DNA from: an uncultured Candidatus Saccharibacteria bacterium
Lineage (GTDB): Bacteria; Patescibacteriota; Doudnabacteria; UBA920
Length of the DNA: 64,000 bases
Direction: 5' to 3'
Assembly (NCBI GenBank): GCA_964631145.1
Contig: CAZVXT010000001.1
Span: 457,237 to 521,236 of the forward strand
Notes under the pieces: generated by a model
Told to the model about the DNA's origin: nothing
Seen by the model: the letters and a program-made list of their open reading frames with translations, nothing else
Databases searched by the model: none
Shown here: positions 18,772 to 28,747 of the stretch, piece after piece
Numbering within the stretch: position 1 is the first letter of the stretch
How the letters are laid out: every line of letters starts with the position of its first letter
Program-made: the position numbers and the translations under genes

Positions 18772-19685
18772 TTAAAAGTGCTGTTTTTAAATTCTGGGTA
18801 ACCGTTTATAAAAGTTTGAATATCGACTGGGTTTTTACCTTCAATTTGAATAGTCTTTATTTCTAATGAAGTATTGTTTCCACAGCTGATCAGGTTATTT
18901 TCAATTGATCCGGGTTGGCTAGAGAAGGTTTGTTTACTGGGGGTGCATTCTAGAATTTTGATACGCTTGCCATGCCAAGATGTGTGTATTCCTGGCCATG
19001 GTTGATATGCTCTCCATTGGTTATAAATTTCGCGGGCCGGTTTAGACCAATTGATTAATCCATCTTCCTTCTTTATTATTTTAGTAAAGGTCGCTAGGTC
19101 GTGGTTTTGTGGCTGAATTTTGATTTCATTTTTACTAAACTTATCTAATGTATTTAGCAGTAAAGGTATAGATAGTTGCGCTAATCTTAGTTGCAGTTGT
19201 GGATTGGTTTCATCAGGGCTTATATCTGTTGTTATGCTTTCCAGAATTGGACCGTGATCTAATTCTTCATCCATAAGCATTATGGTGCTACCAGTTTTTA
19301 CCTCATCATTTAATAAAGCAAATTGTACAGGTGAAGCTCCTCGATACTTTGGTAACAACGAAAAATGAACATTAATTGTTTTTAGTCTTGGCAATTCTAT
19401 AATTTCTTTTGGTAGAATTTTGCCGTAAGCAATAACAATAAAGATATCTGCATCCAATTTCGAAAGCTCTTGTAATAGATTCTCGTTATTTTTTACCTTT
19501 TGTGGTTTAAGGATGGGTAAACCTATTTTTTCTGCTGCGTTCGAAATACTACTAGGGGTTAATAATTGTTTCCGCCCTACTGGTTTATCCGGAGATGTGA
19601 TTACAGCTTGGATTTGATGATGTTCGGCAAGTGAATTTAAGATTTCTGCACCAATATCTGCCGTTCCAAAGAAAACTATTTTCAT
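18768..19685 (-). CDS. fmt: Methionyl-tRNA formyltransferase
   Basis: KIVFFGT, PDKPVGR, AYGKILP, INVHFSLLPKYRGASP, LDHGPI, PWPG. Confidence 0.96.
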   Translation of the reverse strand: MKIVFFGTADIGAEILNSLAEHHQIQAVITSPDKPVGRKQLLTPSSISNAAEKIGLPILKPQKVKNNENLLQELSKLDADIFIVIAYGKILPKEIIELPRLKTINVHFSLLPKYRGASPVQFALLNDEVKTGSTIMLMDEELDHGPILESITTDISPDETNPQLQLRLAQLSIPLLLNTLDKFSKNEIKIQPQNHDLATFTKIIKKEDGLINWSKPAREIYNQWRAYQPWPGIHTSWHGKRIKILECTPSKQTFSSQPGSIENNLISCGNNTSLEIKTIQIEGKNPVDIQTFINGYPEFKNSTFN

Positions 19686-19686
19686 A

Positions 19687-20250
19687 CTATTTAATATGCT
19701 TAATTAGTTTTCTAAAAACCTCGGCTTCGTATCTACAATCAGTTAAAGCATCGTGCAGATTACTAGGAGTTTTGATTTTTAAATAACCTGCTAGTTCTTC
19801 CAATGTAAAGCCAGCAAATCTATCTTGATTTTTTAGTTGTTTATTTGTTGCCATAAATATATAGCACAGTGCCCAAAAATTAAGTGTGTGGTAATCAAAT
19901 GGATATTTTATTTTACAAGAACGAAAAGCCGCAGGGAAAAATATAATATCTAAATTGCCTCCATAGGTTGTAGGGATAACTTCTGTTGGTTTAAACTGCT
20001 TGCAAAAGTTATTCAAAACAGTTTTTAGGGAAGGGGCTTTCTTTAGTTTCTCCCAAGTAATTTTATTTATATCTATAGATTCTGGATCACGATTGTCCCA
20101 ATTTTTAGGTTTGATATAACTACTAAAAGAAGCTTTTTCTTTCAGAGTTTTTTTATCTAAAAGTATGGCAGCAAGTTGAATAATTTCGTGTTGAGTTACA
20201 TCAATTCCTGTTGCTTCAATATCGTAAATTAAAATATCTTTATTAAACAT
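19687..20250 (-). CDS. DEDDh 3'-5' exonuclease
   Basis: ExoI DIEATG, ExoII NLD, ExoIII HDALTD all intact. Confidence 0.88.
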   Translation of the reverse strand: MFNKDILIYDIEATGIDVTQHEIIQLAAILLDKKTLKEKASFSSYIKPKNWDNRDPESIDINKITWEKLKKAPSLKTVLNNFCKQFKPTEVIPTTYGGNLDIIFFPAAFRSCKIKYPFDYHTLNFWALCYIFMATNKQLKNQDRFAGFTLEELAGYLKIKTPSNLHDALTDCRYEAEVFRKLIKHIK

Positions 20251-20252
20251 AA

Positions 20253-20786
20253 TTATCCTAATACTATTTTTCTAAAAATTTCTGCAGTTAGGCGAACTTT
20301 CTCAAAAGCGTTATGGGGGTGCTTAACTTTAAGGTTAAAATGGTTGGCTAAAGTAGAAAGGGTTGGAATTTTTTTCACTCCGTAATGCATCATGTAAATA
20401 TAGCCCAAGGACCAAATATTTATATAATGATTATCATAGTCGAAAGAGTTTAAAGTTCGTTTAAAAGCTTTTTGCAAAAATAAATAACTTGTGATGTCGT
20501 GACTGGCGATTAATGGGTCAGATCCAAAAGTTTTGATAAAGTTATTAATTACTTCGCTTAATTTGGGACTCTTACGCAATTGATCAAAAGTAATACCTAA
20601 ATAATCAGAATGATCCATGAGGGTTTTATCCAAAAAGCTAGCTTTGATATAAAAGTTAAAATTATTTTTTTCTAAAAGATTATCTTTATCAAGCAAAACT
20701 GCAGACAATTGAATGATGTGGTCTGTTTCGGTGTTTGGTCCACTAGTCTCTGCTTGAATTATTAAGATATCTTTTATTAGTTTCAT
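20253..20786 (-). CDS. Degenerate DEDDh exonuclease paralog, probably inactive
   Basis: Co-linear with the downstream gene (KDILI..ETSG..HIIQLSAVLLDK..L.EK) but reads QAE, lacks the ExoII Asp and has HNAFEK at the catalytic positions. Confidence 0.75.
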   Translation of the reverse strand: MKLIKDILIIQAETSGPNTETDHIIQLSAVLLDKDNLLEKNNFNFYIKASFLDKTLMDHSDYLGITFDQLRKSPKLSEVINNFIKTFGSDPLIASHDITSYLFLQKAFKRTLNSFDYDNHYINIWSLGYIYMMHYGVKKIPTLSTLANHFNLKVKHPHNAFEKVRLTAEIFRKIVLG

Positions 20787-21286
20787 TTTGATTTATTAGG
20801 TATGTACTTGGATAATAGTTCTTTGCCCGTTGTGACTTTATCTATTTTGTCAGCAATAAGTGTTTGGTTGAGATGGTCAATTTCATGCTGTAATACTCTT
20901 GCTAAAAACGTATCATCGTTGATTGTAAATTGCTCTCCATCAATGTCGTAAGCAGTCATAGTAATTTTCTTTGGGCGTTTTACAAAGCCAAAAACTCCGG
21001 GCATGGATAAGCAACCTTCTTCCATATCTGTCTGTTCTTTGGACGACTTTGTTATTTTTGGGTTGATTATAGGAAAAGCTGGTAATCCCATTTCTTCTAA
21101 ATAAATAATGGCAAGATTTAAATTTTTTCCGATCTGGGGAGCTGCTAATCCTACGCCATTGGCATGTTTACATGTTGCTACCATGTTTTTGATTAGCCTT
21201 AGATCTGATTTGCTTAATGGAAACTGTAGATCTTTAACAGGTGTTCTTAATATTTTAGAAGGTAAGTGTGATAGAGGTAATATCAT
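20783..21286 (-). CDS. def: Peptide deformylase
   Basis: GVGLAAPQIG, EGCLS, QHEIDHL motifs. Confidence 0.97.
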   Translation of the reverse strand: MILPLSHLPSKILRTPVKDLQFPLSKSDLRLIKNMVATCKHANGVGLAAPQIGKNLNLAIIYLEEMGLPAFPIINPKITKSSKEQTDMEEGCLSMPGVFGFVKRPKKITMTAYDIDGEQFTINDDTFLARVLQHEIDHLNQTLIADKIDKVTTGKELLSKYIPNKSK

Positions 21287-21287
21287 G

Positions 21288-21569
21288 TTATTTCTTTTGC
21301 TCTTTGGATGATTGATTATATTGTTTAACTAAGTAAGAAAACAGCTTGCCTTTATTAGTAATATTATGCCCCTCCAATACTTGTCCCATAAGTCTTTTTA
21401 ATACATCATGAGGGTGGGTAAGGGCAAGTTTTAAATATAAAGCAAAGTGTTTTGGGTCTGAGAGCTTAGTAGCTAATTCGTCAGCCAAAACATGAGCCGC
21501 AGAATGCAAATGCGGATCTCGTTTAGTCGGTAATTTAACTTTTTTTGCTAAATCTGCTATTGAATCCAT
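21288..21569 (-). CDS. Small hypothetical helical protein, first gene of the def-exo-exo-fmt operon
   Basis: 93-aa ORF 1 bp upstream of def, with a TATAAT shortly before its ATG. Confidence 0.7.
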   Translation of the reverse strand: MDSIADLAKKVKLPTKRDPHLHSAAHVLADELATKLSDPKHFALYLKLALTHPHDVLKRLMGQVLEGHNITNKGKLFSYLVKQYNQSSKEQKK

Positions 21570-21647
21570 AATACTATAATTATACTAAGCTTTATCTGAT
21601 TGTACAAAAACTAGCTATTTTATTGAAAAAACGCTATAATTAGGGCT

Positions 21648-22508
21648 ATGTTGAACAAGATTTTTACTGGAATATTAATAATTGCTTTTATTTTTATAGC
21701 TTGGCAAGAAGGGTTGCCTGGTAAGGTTTCGAAGTGGATTTCCGGTGCATTTAACAATTCAAAAATTAGCACACTTTCTAATATAGACGATGGTGCGTCT
21801 TTTCCAGGACCATTAAAATCTTTGGTTTCAAATTTTGCTGATAAATCTAAACTAACAAACGAAGGGGTTATATTGGAGACAAACAAGCAGCGTACAGAAC
21901 AAGGGGTTTCTATTTTAACTTATAATGCAAAGCTGGCTCAGGCAGCAGAGTATAAAGCAAATGATATTTTGGCGAAGCAATATTTTGAACATAATTCCCC
22001 TGAAGGTAAAAAACCCTCAGATATTATTTCTGCGACAGGTTATGAGTATATTGTTGTTGGAGAAAATTTAGCCTTAGGAAACTTTTTGAATGACTCAGAA
22101 TTAGTAATAGCCTGGATGAATAGTCCGGGTCACAGAGCAAATATCTTAGATAAGAAATATACTCAGATTGGAGTTGCTGTTAAGAGAGGTACCTATGAAG
22201 GTAAAACAGTGTGGGTTGCTGTTCAGGAATTTGGTGCTCCTTTAAGTGATTGTCCGGGTGCTAATAAAGAGTTAAAAAATAGTATAGAATCTAATAGGCA
22301 AAAGATGCGATCAATTCAAATCCAATTAGATGACCAAAAGTCTAAGTTAGAAAATAATTATTACCAAACTCCAAGCTCTTATAATCAAGCAATTGATAAT
22401 TATAATAGTTTGGCAAATCAATATAATAATTTAGTAGCAGACACTAAGCAATTGGTAGAAACATACAATTCCCAAGTTAATAGTTTTAATAGTTGTTTAC
22501 AAAAATAG
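21648..22508 (+). CDS. CAP (SCP) domain protein with C-terminal coiled coil
   Basis: N-terminal TM; TNKQR, YFEH.SP, GENLA.G, WMNSPGHRANIL, VQEFG. Confidence 0.9.
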   Translation: MLNKIFTGILIIAFIFIAWQEGLPGKVSKWISGAFNNSKISTLSNIDDGASFPGPLKSLVSNFADKSKLTNEGVILETNKQRTEQGVSILTYNAKLAQAAEYKANDILAKQYFEHNSPEGKKPSDIISATGYEYIVVGENLALGNFLNDSELVIAWMNSPGHRANILDKKYTQIGVAVKRGTYEGKTVWVAVQEFGAPLSDCPGANKELKNSIESNRQKMRSIQIQLDDQKSKLENNYYQTPSSYNQAIDNYNSLANQYNNLVADTKQLVETYNSQVNSFNSCLQK

Positions 22509-22512
22509 TTTT

Positions 22513-23835
22513 ATGAATAAAGAGGTGTTTGTGGCAGGGTTAAAATTTAATAGTTACAAATTATCAGAACTAAAGTCTGAGGTTTTGTTGCGTTTAAAAA
22601 ATAAAACCAAAACTTACATAGTAACTCCATATTCTGAATTTTTATATCATAGCTTAAGAAATGTAGATATCATGAGATTATTTAATAAAGCTGATATTTC
22701 TTTGCCAGACGGTATTGGTATATTTTGGGCTGATTATTTTTTATCTTTTCCTTTAACGTTTGAAAGTTATTTTTTAAAAATTTTGCAAGCTATATGGCAG
22801 GTTGTTTATTCGGGAGCTTCCATTATTTTTAACCCCAAAAAATTATATAAAAATATTCCAGAGAAAATTTCTGGATCTGATTTTATTTGGGACTTGGCAC
22901 AAATCGCCAGCGAAAATAATTTCAGCATTTTTCTTTTAGGTGGATTTGGTAATGTCACAAATATAGTCGAGCAAAGGCTTAAAGAAAAATTTCCTAACTT
23001 AAAAATTGTTGGCAAAAGTAACTTAAATTACAATGATCCAGCAGTAATACAAGTTGTAAAAGATAAACAGCCAGATATTTTGCTTGTTGCTTTCGGTCCC
23101 ATAAATCAAGAACAATGGATAAACGAGAACTTAAAAAATTTGCCTGTTACTTTGGCTATAGGAGTAGGGGGGAGTTTTGATTATATAGCTGGTGAAGTTG
23201 CTGTGCCTCCAAAATGGATTAGGGGTGTAGGACTGGAATGGCTATTTAGGTTAATTACTCAACCAAGTAGATGGCATAGAATTTATTTGGCTACTTATGG
23301 GTTAGCGAGGTCTTTAGTGCGTTATAAAGTATTTGGCACTATGCCATTGCGAGAAAATGCAGTAGCCGTTGTTATTAACCAACAGAATAAAGTTTTATTG
23401 TGTAAGCGTATCCCAGGGCTAGCAAGTAATGGTCAAGCACCAATACATATGTACAAGAATTATTGGCAGCTGCCTCAAGGTGGTGTAGAAAAAAATGAAA
23501 ACTATATAGTTGCAGCACAAAGAGAATTGTATGAAGAAACTGGTTTGTCAGAAGGTGTAAAGTTTTGGTTTGAAAGCAAACATTCTAATTCATATGATTG
23601 GCATAATGTAAGTAGATCAGTATTAGTTTTGCCTAGATATCGGTATCGCGGACAAATTCAAAAAACTTTTTATTTTAAGTTTGAAGGTTTGGATACGGAT
23701 GTAAAAATTGATCAACATGAGTTTGAAGATTATAAATGGCTTAGTCTTGAAGATGCTGAACGATTAATTGCCGAAGAACGCAAACCTCATTTTAAAAACA
23801 TCAGTTTAGAGTTATCAGAAAAATTTAAATCATAA
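22513..23835 (+). CDS. WecB/TagA/CpsF glycosyltransferase fused to an RppH-like Nudix hydrolase
   Basis: PDGIG, GSD, FG...QE.WI, GVGGSFD..AG, GLEWLFRL..QP.R; C-terminal WQLPQGG, Nudix box GGVE..E....AAQRELYEETGL, YRGQ.QK. Confidence 0.88.
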   Translation: MNKEVFVAGLKFNSYKLSELKSEVLLRLKNKTKTYIVTPYSEFLYHSLRNVDIMRLFNKADISLPDGIGIFWADYFLSFPLTFESYFLKILQAIWQVVYSGASIIFNPKKLYKNIPEKISGSDFIWDLAQIASENNFSIFLLGGFGNVTNIVEQRLKEKFPNLKIVGKSNLNYNDPAVIQVVKDKQPDILLVAFGPINQEQWINENLKNLPVTLAIGVGGSFDYIAGEVAVPPKWIRGVGLEWLFRLITQPSRWHRIYLATYGLARSLVRYKVFGTMPLRENAVAVVINQQNKVLLCKRIPGLASNGQAPIHMYKNYWQLPQGGVEKNENYIVAAQRELYEETGLSEGVKFWFESKHSNSYDWHNVSRSVLVLPRYRYRGQIQKTFYFKFEGLDTDVKIDQHEFEDYKWLSLEDAERLIAEERKPHFKNISLELSEKFKS

Positions 23836-23839
23836 ATAT

Positions 23840-25345
23840 ATGAATAATAAAATTAGAACAAGATTAGCACCAAGTCCAACTGGTATGGTTCATGTTGGTA
23901 CGCTTAGGACTGCATTATTTGGTTATCTATTTGCAAAAAAGAATAATGGGGTAAGTATTTTGCGTATAGAAGATACAGACCAAACAAGAAAAGTAGAAGG
24001 GGCTTTAGAAAATTTATTAAATTCAATGAGCAAGATGGGGATTGAATTTGATGAAGGTTTGTATATTGAAAATGGACAGATAAATTCTCGAGGTGGCTTT
24101 GGTCCTTATGTGCAATCAGAAAGATTGGACTTATATCACAAATACGTAAAAGAACTGCTTGATAATAAAAAAGCATATTATTGTTTTTGTAGTAGCGAAA
24201 GATTAGACGAATTGCGTAAGGAGCAGATAGCTTTAAAAAAACCTCCAATGTATGACAAGCATTGTCGCAATTTGAGTGAACAAGATGTTAATGCTAAACT
24301 AGACGAATTTAAAAATTTAAATCAAAATCCTGTTGTTAGACAAGCAATTCCAGAAAGTGGGGAGACAGTAGTAAGCGATTTAGTTTATGGTGAAATTAAA
24401 TACGATAATGCAACTTTAGATGATCAGGTTTTATTAAAGTCAGACATGTTTCCTACATATCACTTAGCTGTTGTAGTTGATGATCATTTAATGGGAATTA
24501 GCCATGTGTTTCGGGGTGAAGAATGGCTGCCTTCTACGCCAAAGCATATTTTGTTGTATCAAGCTTTTGGTTGGCAATCACCAGAGTTTGCGCATTTACC
24601 GTTAATTTTAAATGCAGATAAAACTAAGTTATCCAAGAGACAAGGTGATGTCTCGGTAGAAGATTTTTTGCAAAAAGGATATTTACCAGAAGCATTAATT
24701 AATTTTGTAGCCTTGCTTGGTTGGAATCCAAAAACGGAGCAAGAGATTTTTTCTATGCAAGAATTGATTGCTCAGTTTGATTTGGCTAAGGTGCATAACA
24801 GTGGTGCTGTTTTTGATTATAATAAATTAGATTGGATAAATGGATTTTATATCCGCCAATTATCTCCAAATCATTTATTTGAATTAACTAAGCCTTACAT
24901 TGCAAGCTTTATTTCTAATATAAGCAATTTTTCCGATGAATATTTGCTTGAAGTTGTAAAGTTGGAGCAGGAGAGACTTAAGACCTTATCTCAAATTACT
25001 GAGCAGATTAATTTTTATTTTGAAGAACCTGTTTATGAGTCAGATAAATTAGTATGGAGAAAATCCGACAGCCAAACCACAAAAGATAATTTGCAAAAAT
25101 TAGTAGATTGTTTGTCTAATCTCGAAGATTCAGACTTTATGAGTTTGTCAGTCTTAGAAGAAAAGGTAAAAAAATGGATAAGTCAATCCGGATTAGATAA
25201 TGGATCTGTTTTGTGGCCAATGCGCGTTGCTTTAACAGGACTGGATAAAAGTCCTAGTCCATTTGAAGTAGGAACTGTTTTGTTTAAACATTTTGGCAAA
25301 GAGGGTATTGTTGAAAGATTGAATACTGCTATTAGAAAATTGTAA
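23840..25345 (+). CDS. gltX: Glutamate-tRNA ligase
   Basis: RLAPSPTG..HVGT (HIGH), LRIEDTD, YYCFCS, PTYHLA.VVDD, KLSKR (KMSKS). Confidence 0.97.
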   Translation: MNNKIRTRLAPSPTGMVHVGTLRTALFGYLFAKKNNGVSILRIEDTDQTRKVEGALENLLNSMSKMGIEFDEGLYIENGQINSRGGFGPYVQSERLDLYHKYVKELLDNKKAYYCFCSSERLDELRKEQIALKKPPMYDKHCRNLSEQDVNAKLDEFKNLNQNPVVRQAIPESGETVVSDLVYGEIKYDNATLDDQVLLKSDMFPTYHLAVVVDDHLMGISHVFRGEEWLPSTPKHILLYQAFGWQSPEFAHLPLILNADKTKLSKRQGDVSVEDFLQKGYLPEALINFVALLGWNPKTEQEIFSMQELIAQFDLAKVHNSGAVFDYNKLDWINGFYIRQLSPNHLFELTKPYIASFISNISNFSDEYLLEVVKLEQERLKTLSQITEQINFYFEEPVYESDKLVWRKSDSQTTKDNLQKLVDCLSNLEDSDFMSLSVLEEKVKKWISQSGLDNGSVLWPMRVALTGLDKSPSPFEVGTVLFKHFGKEGIVERLNTAIRKL

Positions 25346-25375
25346 AAATAAAGCCGCAATTTGCGGCTTTATTTT
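25345..25375. terminator. Bidirectional terminator
   Basis: AAAATAAAGCCGCAA-T-TTGCGGCTTTATTTT between convergent genes. Confidence 0.8.
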
Positions 25376-25734
25376 ATAAAATGCTTATAATTTATTTTTT
25401 TGTAAAGACTATAAAATAAAATTACGAATATGTTTATTAAGCCTAACAATACCCAAGGAAATAAAATACTAAAACCTGTATTAAGATGATCAGGGCTACC
25501 ATTATCTATGTACTCAATGGGATGGAGAATAAAATACGTTGTTAAGCTAAAAGCAGATAATAATTGCAATATTAAAAGTTTTAGAATATTAATAGACCTG
25601 CTTCTATAGAAATTAATGATTAAGTAAAGAGTTATAGCTACGCTAATAATTATTAACATTAATGGTATATAGAGTAAAATTATTGGTCCCATAAAATTGG
25701 GAAGGCTGTAGTCCATTATAAAAAAATTTGCCAT
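25369..25734 (-). CDS. Hypothetical membrane protein (about 3 TM)
   Basis: 121-aa ORF with three hydrophobic segments. Confidence 0.6.
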   Translation of the reverse strand: MANFFIMDYSLPNFMGPIILLYIPLMLIIISVAITLYLIINFYRSRSINILKLLILQLLSAFSLTTYFILHPIEYIDNGSPDHLNTGFSILFPWVLLGLINIFVILFYSLYKKINYKHFIK

Positions 25735-25778
25735 CGTTTAGTGTATAATACAGTTAAGAACTTATAAATGCATTATAC

Positions 25779-26837
25779 ATGATTTTACATAAAAAAATTA
25801 TTTTATATTTTATCGTTGTTATTCTTATTGTTTTGTTAGGAGTTATATTTTGGCAAACAAAATTGACTGATAAAATTAATAACGATTCCTCCCAAATCAA
25901 CGGACACTCTTTGATAAAAAGTAAAACAGAAAGTTCGTTAGAACAAAAATTTTTAGAATGGAAAAATTCTAAAGACTTTGGCTACAATGTATTGGATTAC
26001 AAGGTTGACCCAGCAAATCCAAAAGTTATTTATTATATTTTTGCCGAAAGTACAAAAACCCCATCTCAGACTATTTATAGATATGACTCTTCTAATGATC
26101 AATCTTATAATGGTTCCGGAAGGCTTGATGTGGACAATAATAAAGTGGATCTGATTCAAGAGACTATGCCGTCGAATGATTTTGTTTTAAAAATTGCTGA
26201 TATTATTGATAATAAGATAATCTATTACGGATATGTTGACGATGGTGGTCCTATGCAGTGTTTTGATCCATTTGTGGATAATAAATTTGCGCCGTTATAT
26301 TATCTGGATTTAGTGAGTGTAAATAATTTAGATTCTAAAGTTAAGTTTGCTGATTTACAAAAACATAAATACACGCCCTCCTCAGAAATTAAAGATCAAC
26401 ATCAAAATTTAGTAGAAAAATGTAACGACAAATATAATGGTAATGCTACATATAGTAATAAAGATCTTGGTTTTTCTTTCAAATATCCAAACGAGTTGCA
26501 AATTGGTAAATCTGATTTATTTTTATGGAGTGGCTCCTTTAAAGACGGCGAATATTTATTTGATATAACAAAAGGGAATACTAATAAGTTGAACCCTAAT
26601 GAAGGTAAAAAAATAAAAATTGGTTCATCTAATCAAGGGCAAAAATTGTATGGTTATAAATTTTCGGAATGTGGGCTTGGCGGGTGTCAAAATGTTTATT
26701 TAATTCCTGTAAAAAATGACTATGTGTCCATTTTTGGTGCTATGTGCGAAAAACATTTGGAGGATGATAAATGTATTTTTAAACCCGGGGATGTATCCGT
26801 GGAAGATTTCATCCTAAATACTTTTAAAACTTTTTAA
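25779..26837 (+). CDS. Membrane-anchored secreted protein with C-terminal PsbP-like domain
   Basis: N-terminal TM; TYSNKDLGFSFKYP and terminal ILNTFKTF are typical of CPR PsbP-like proteins. Confidence 0.7.
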   Translation: MILHKKIILYFIVVILIVLLGVIFWQTKLTDKINNDSSQINGHSLIKSKTESSLEQKFLEWKNSKDFGYNVLDYKVDPANPKVIYYIFAESTKTPSQTIYRYDSSNDQSYNGSGRLDVDNNKVDLIQETMPSNDFVLKIADIIDNKIIYYGYVDDGGPMQCFDPFVDNKFAPLYYLDLVSVNNLDSKVKFADLQKHKYTPSSEIKDQHQNLVEKCNDKYNGNATYSNKDLGFSFKYPNELQIGKSDLFLWSGSFKDGEYLFDITKGNTNKLNPNEGKKIKIGSSNQGQKLYGYKFSECGLGGCQNVYLIPVKNDYVSIFGAMCEKHLEDDKCIFKPGDVSVEDFILNTFKTF

Positions 26838-26887
26838 AAAAATAAGCCGAATAATATTATAATTGCATAAATATTATTCGGCTGTTT

Positions 26888-28747
26888 TTATTGATTATTT
26901 TGTCCTAGCGGAGGGTCTGAGTTAGACTGTTCTGGTGACGTTTTTTCTAATTCGTCAGCAGAAGCATCATCGTCTTCAGCTTTGCTAGAAATTTGGTTGG
27001 AATAGAAGTCTGAGAAGAATTCTCGCGCTTCTTCTGTTGGGGCGACAACTACATGGTAGCAGTTGTTGTTTTCGCGGACCCAAGATATCATTCCCGCAGA
27101 TTCTAAATCTGTTAAAACAAATTCAATATCTGACTTTTCATCAGCGGTAAGCGATGAATAGGGAATATCAAATGCTAATCCATAGTAATGCCAAGATTTG
27201 TCTTTGGTGGCAAATCTATTAGTTTTTGTAATTTGGTTCTGATACCAAATTGTTCTTGTGTATGAACTTATATCAAAACTAACTGCTTGCTTGGATTTGC
27301 TATTGCGTAATTCTTGAAGCGCAGTAGCAACGTATAGTAGCATTCCAGTTGTGTATTTGTAAGCGTAGTGGTAATACTTTCTATCACTTACATTTGGATC
27401 ACTAGAACCTAAGGGTCTAACGGTGTATCCGTATTTATCTCCTTTTGGTATCGGAACCAAAGTGCCATCTTTAACCTTATTTTTTAAATCATCCATATCC
27501 TTAAAGGCAGGATCATTGTGTTGGTTAAAAAATGACCACATTCTACTTTTTTGTGCCTTGCCTTTATAAAATTGTTGCTTGGACAGAGTAATAAATTGAT
27601 CTTTATTTGTTCTATACAACGTCATCAAATTTTTCCAGCAAGCCACTTTAAACCAATAACGGGGCGACCAATCTTTTTGAGTTAAAGTTTTGATCATTTG
27701 GTATGTTCCGCCATTATGGTATGGTGTGTTACGAAAGAATATATCACGGTAGTGAATATTATACTTTTGCAGAGCTTGTTTTACAGTGCCTTCAATTTGC
27801 TTTGGTGCAATATACATCATAATAAGTTTGGTTAAAGCACCTCTTCCCATATGATATTCTACAACTGCAAATTGCCAGTCACCATAAGTATCGTAAGAAT
27901 CTTTAAGTGCCCTTGCTGCAGCGGGGATAGCTAGTTCTGGATTGTAGCGGTCATCTCGACCATCTTCAATTACCAGTCCAACTTCACGCGCCCTAGCTTT
28001 AGAAAACATCGCGATCCCACATGGTCCAGTTGGGCTGGCTCCAGTAGATTTGCCTTGATTTTCTGTTAGCAGTAAAGCCTCTAATAAATTTGGATCCAAT
28101 CCCACAGCGTTGGCAGATTCTTCGATTAAGGAACGATATTCCATAATTCGATCTGGTGCTTCTCGCTGAGGGTCTGTTTTTAAAACATTAAACGATTGAG
28201 TTTGTATATACTCTTGTTCCCGCTTTACCAAATCTTCATCCTTTGCTTTTACCCGAGATAAACCCAAACTTTCTTTTGCAGATTTTGGATTTATTTTTAT
28301 GGGTAAGATCGTTGGTTGAGGGGTTGGTAGAGTCGGTGTTTCCGAGTTTTTAACTTCTTCGTTTGCAATTTTTTTGGAAACAGATTTGCTAGACCATATT
28401 CTAATTGCTATATAAGCAAATATGGTTGTATTTAGAATTGCCGCTAAACAGATTACGCAAATTGTTGTCGCTACTATAGCCTTAGTTTTTGAGCTAAGTC
28501 TTTTAAGGTAACGACCAAAATTATCCAATTTTACGCTAATAATTTTCCCATACCACTTAGTTTCTTTATATAGTTCTGGTAAATTCATACCAGCTAATTG
28601 AGAAATAACTGTGATGGTAAATTTAGTCCAAAAGATAATCTTTTCAAAATTATTTCTGGATACATAAAAATCAGAATTGAGCCATGCAATTCTTATCCTC
28701 TTAAACACACCTAGTAAGGAACTAGGATTTAAATAGCTTTTCTTCAT
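26888..28747 (-). CDS. Membrane-anchored lytic transglycosylase (SLT) fused to a DUF5715/M15-like peptidase domain
   Basis: TM near aa 90-115; DPNLLEALLLTE (catalytic Glu), DDRYNPELAI.AAARAL, EYHMG; C-terminal SYTRT..YQ, SWHYYGLAFDI, CYHVVV. Confidence 0.8.
   Translation of the reverse strand: MKKSYLNPSSLLGVFKRIRIAWLNSDFYVSRNNFEKIIFWTKFTITVISQLAGMNLPELYKETKWYGKIISVKLDNFGRYLKRLSSKTKAIVATTICVICLAAILNTTIFAYIAIRIWSSKSVSKKIANEEVKNSETPTLPTPQPTILPIKINPKSAKESLGLSRVKAKDEDLVKREQEYIQTQSFNVLKTDPQREAPDRIMEYRSLIEESANAVGLDPNLLEALLLTENQGKSTGASPTGPCGIAMFSKARAREVGLVIEDGRDDRYNPELAIPAAARALKDSYDTYGDWQFAVVEYHMGRGALTKLIMMYIAPKQIEGTVKQALQKYNIHYRDIFFRNTPYHNGGTYQMIKTLTQKDWSPRYWFKVACWKNLMTLYRTNKDQFITLSKQQFYKGKAQKSRMWSFFNQHNDPAFKDMDDLKNKVKDGTLVPIPKGDKYGYTVRPLGSSDPNVSDRKYYHYAYKYTTGMLLYVATALQELRNSKSKQAVSFDISSYTRTIWYQNQITKTNRFATKDKSWHYYGLAFDIPYSSLTADEKSDIEFVLTDLESAGMISWVRENNNCYHVVVAPTEEAREFFSDFYSNQISSKAEDDDASADELEKTSPEQSNSDPPLGQNNQ

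Noticed and set aside
24644-26810. Identical octapeptide GDVSVEDF in GltX (24644-24667) and at the end of the neighbouring PsbP-like protein (26787-26810)
   Set aside because: Codons differ at five of eight third positions and the similarity does not extend; treated as coincidence.
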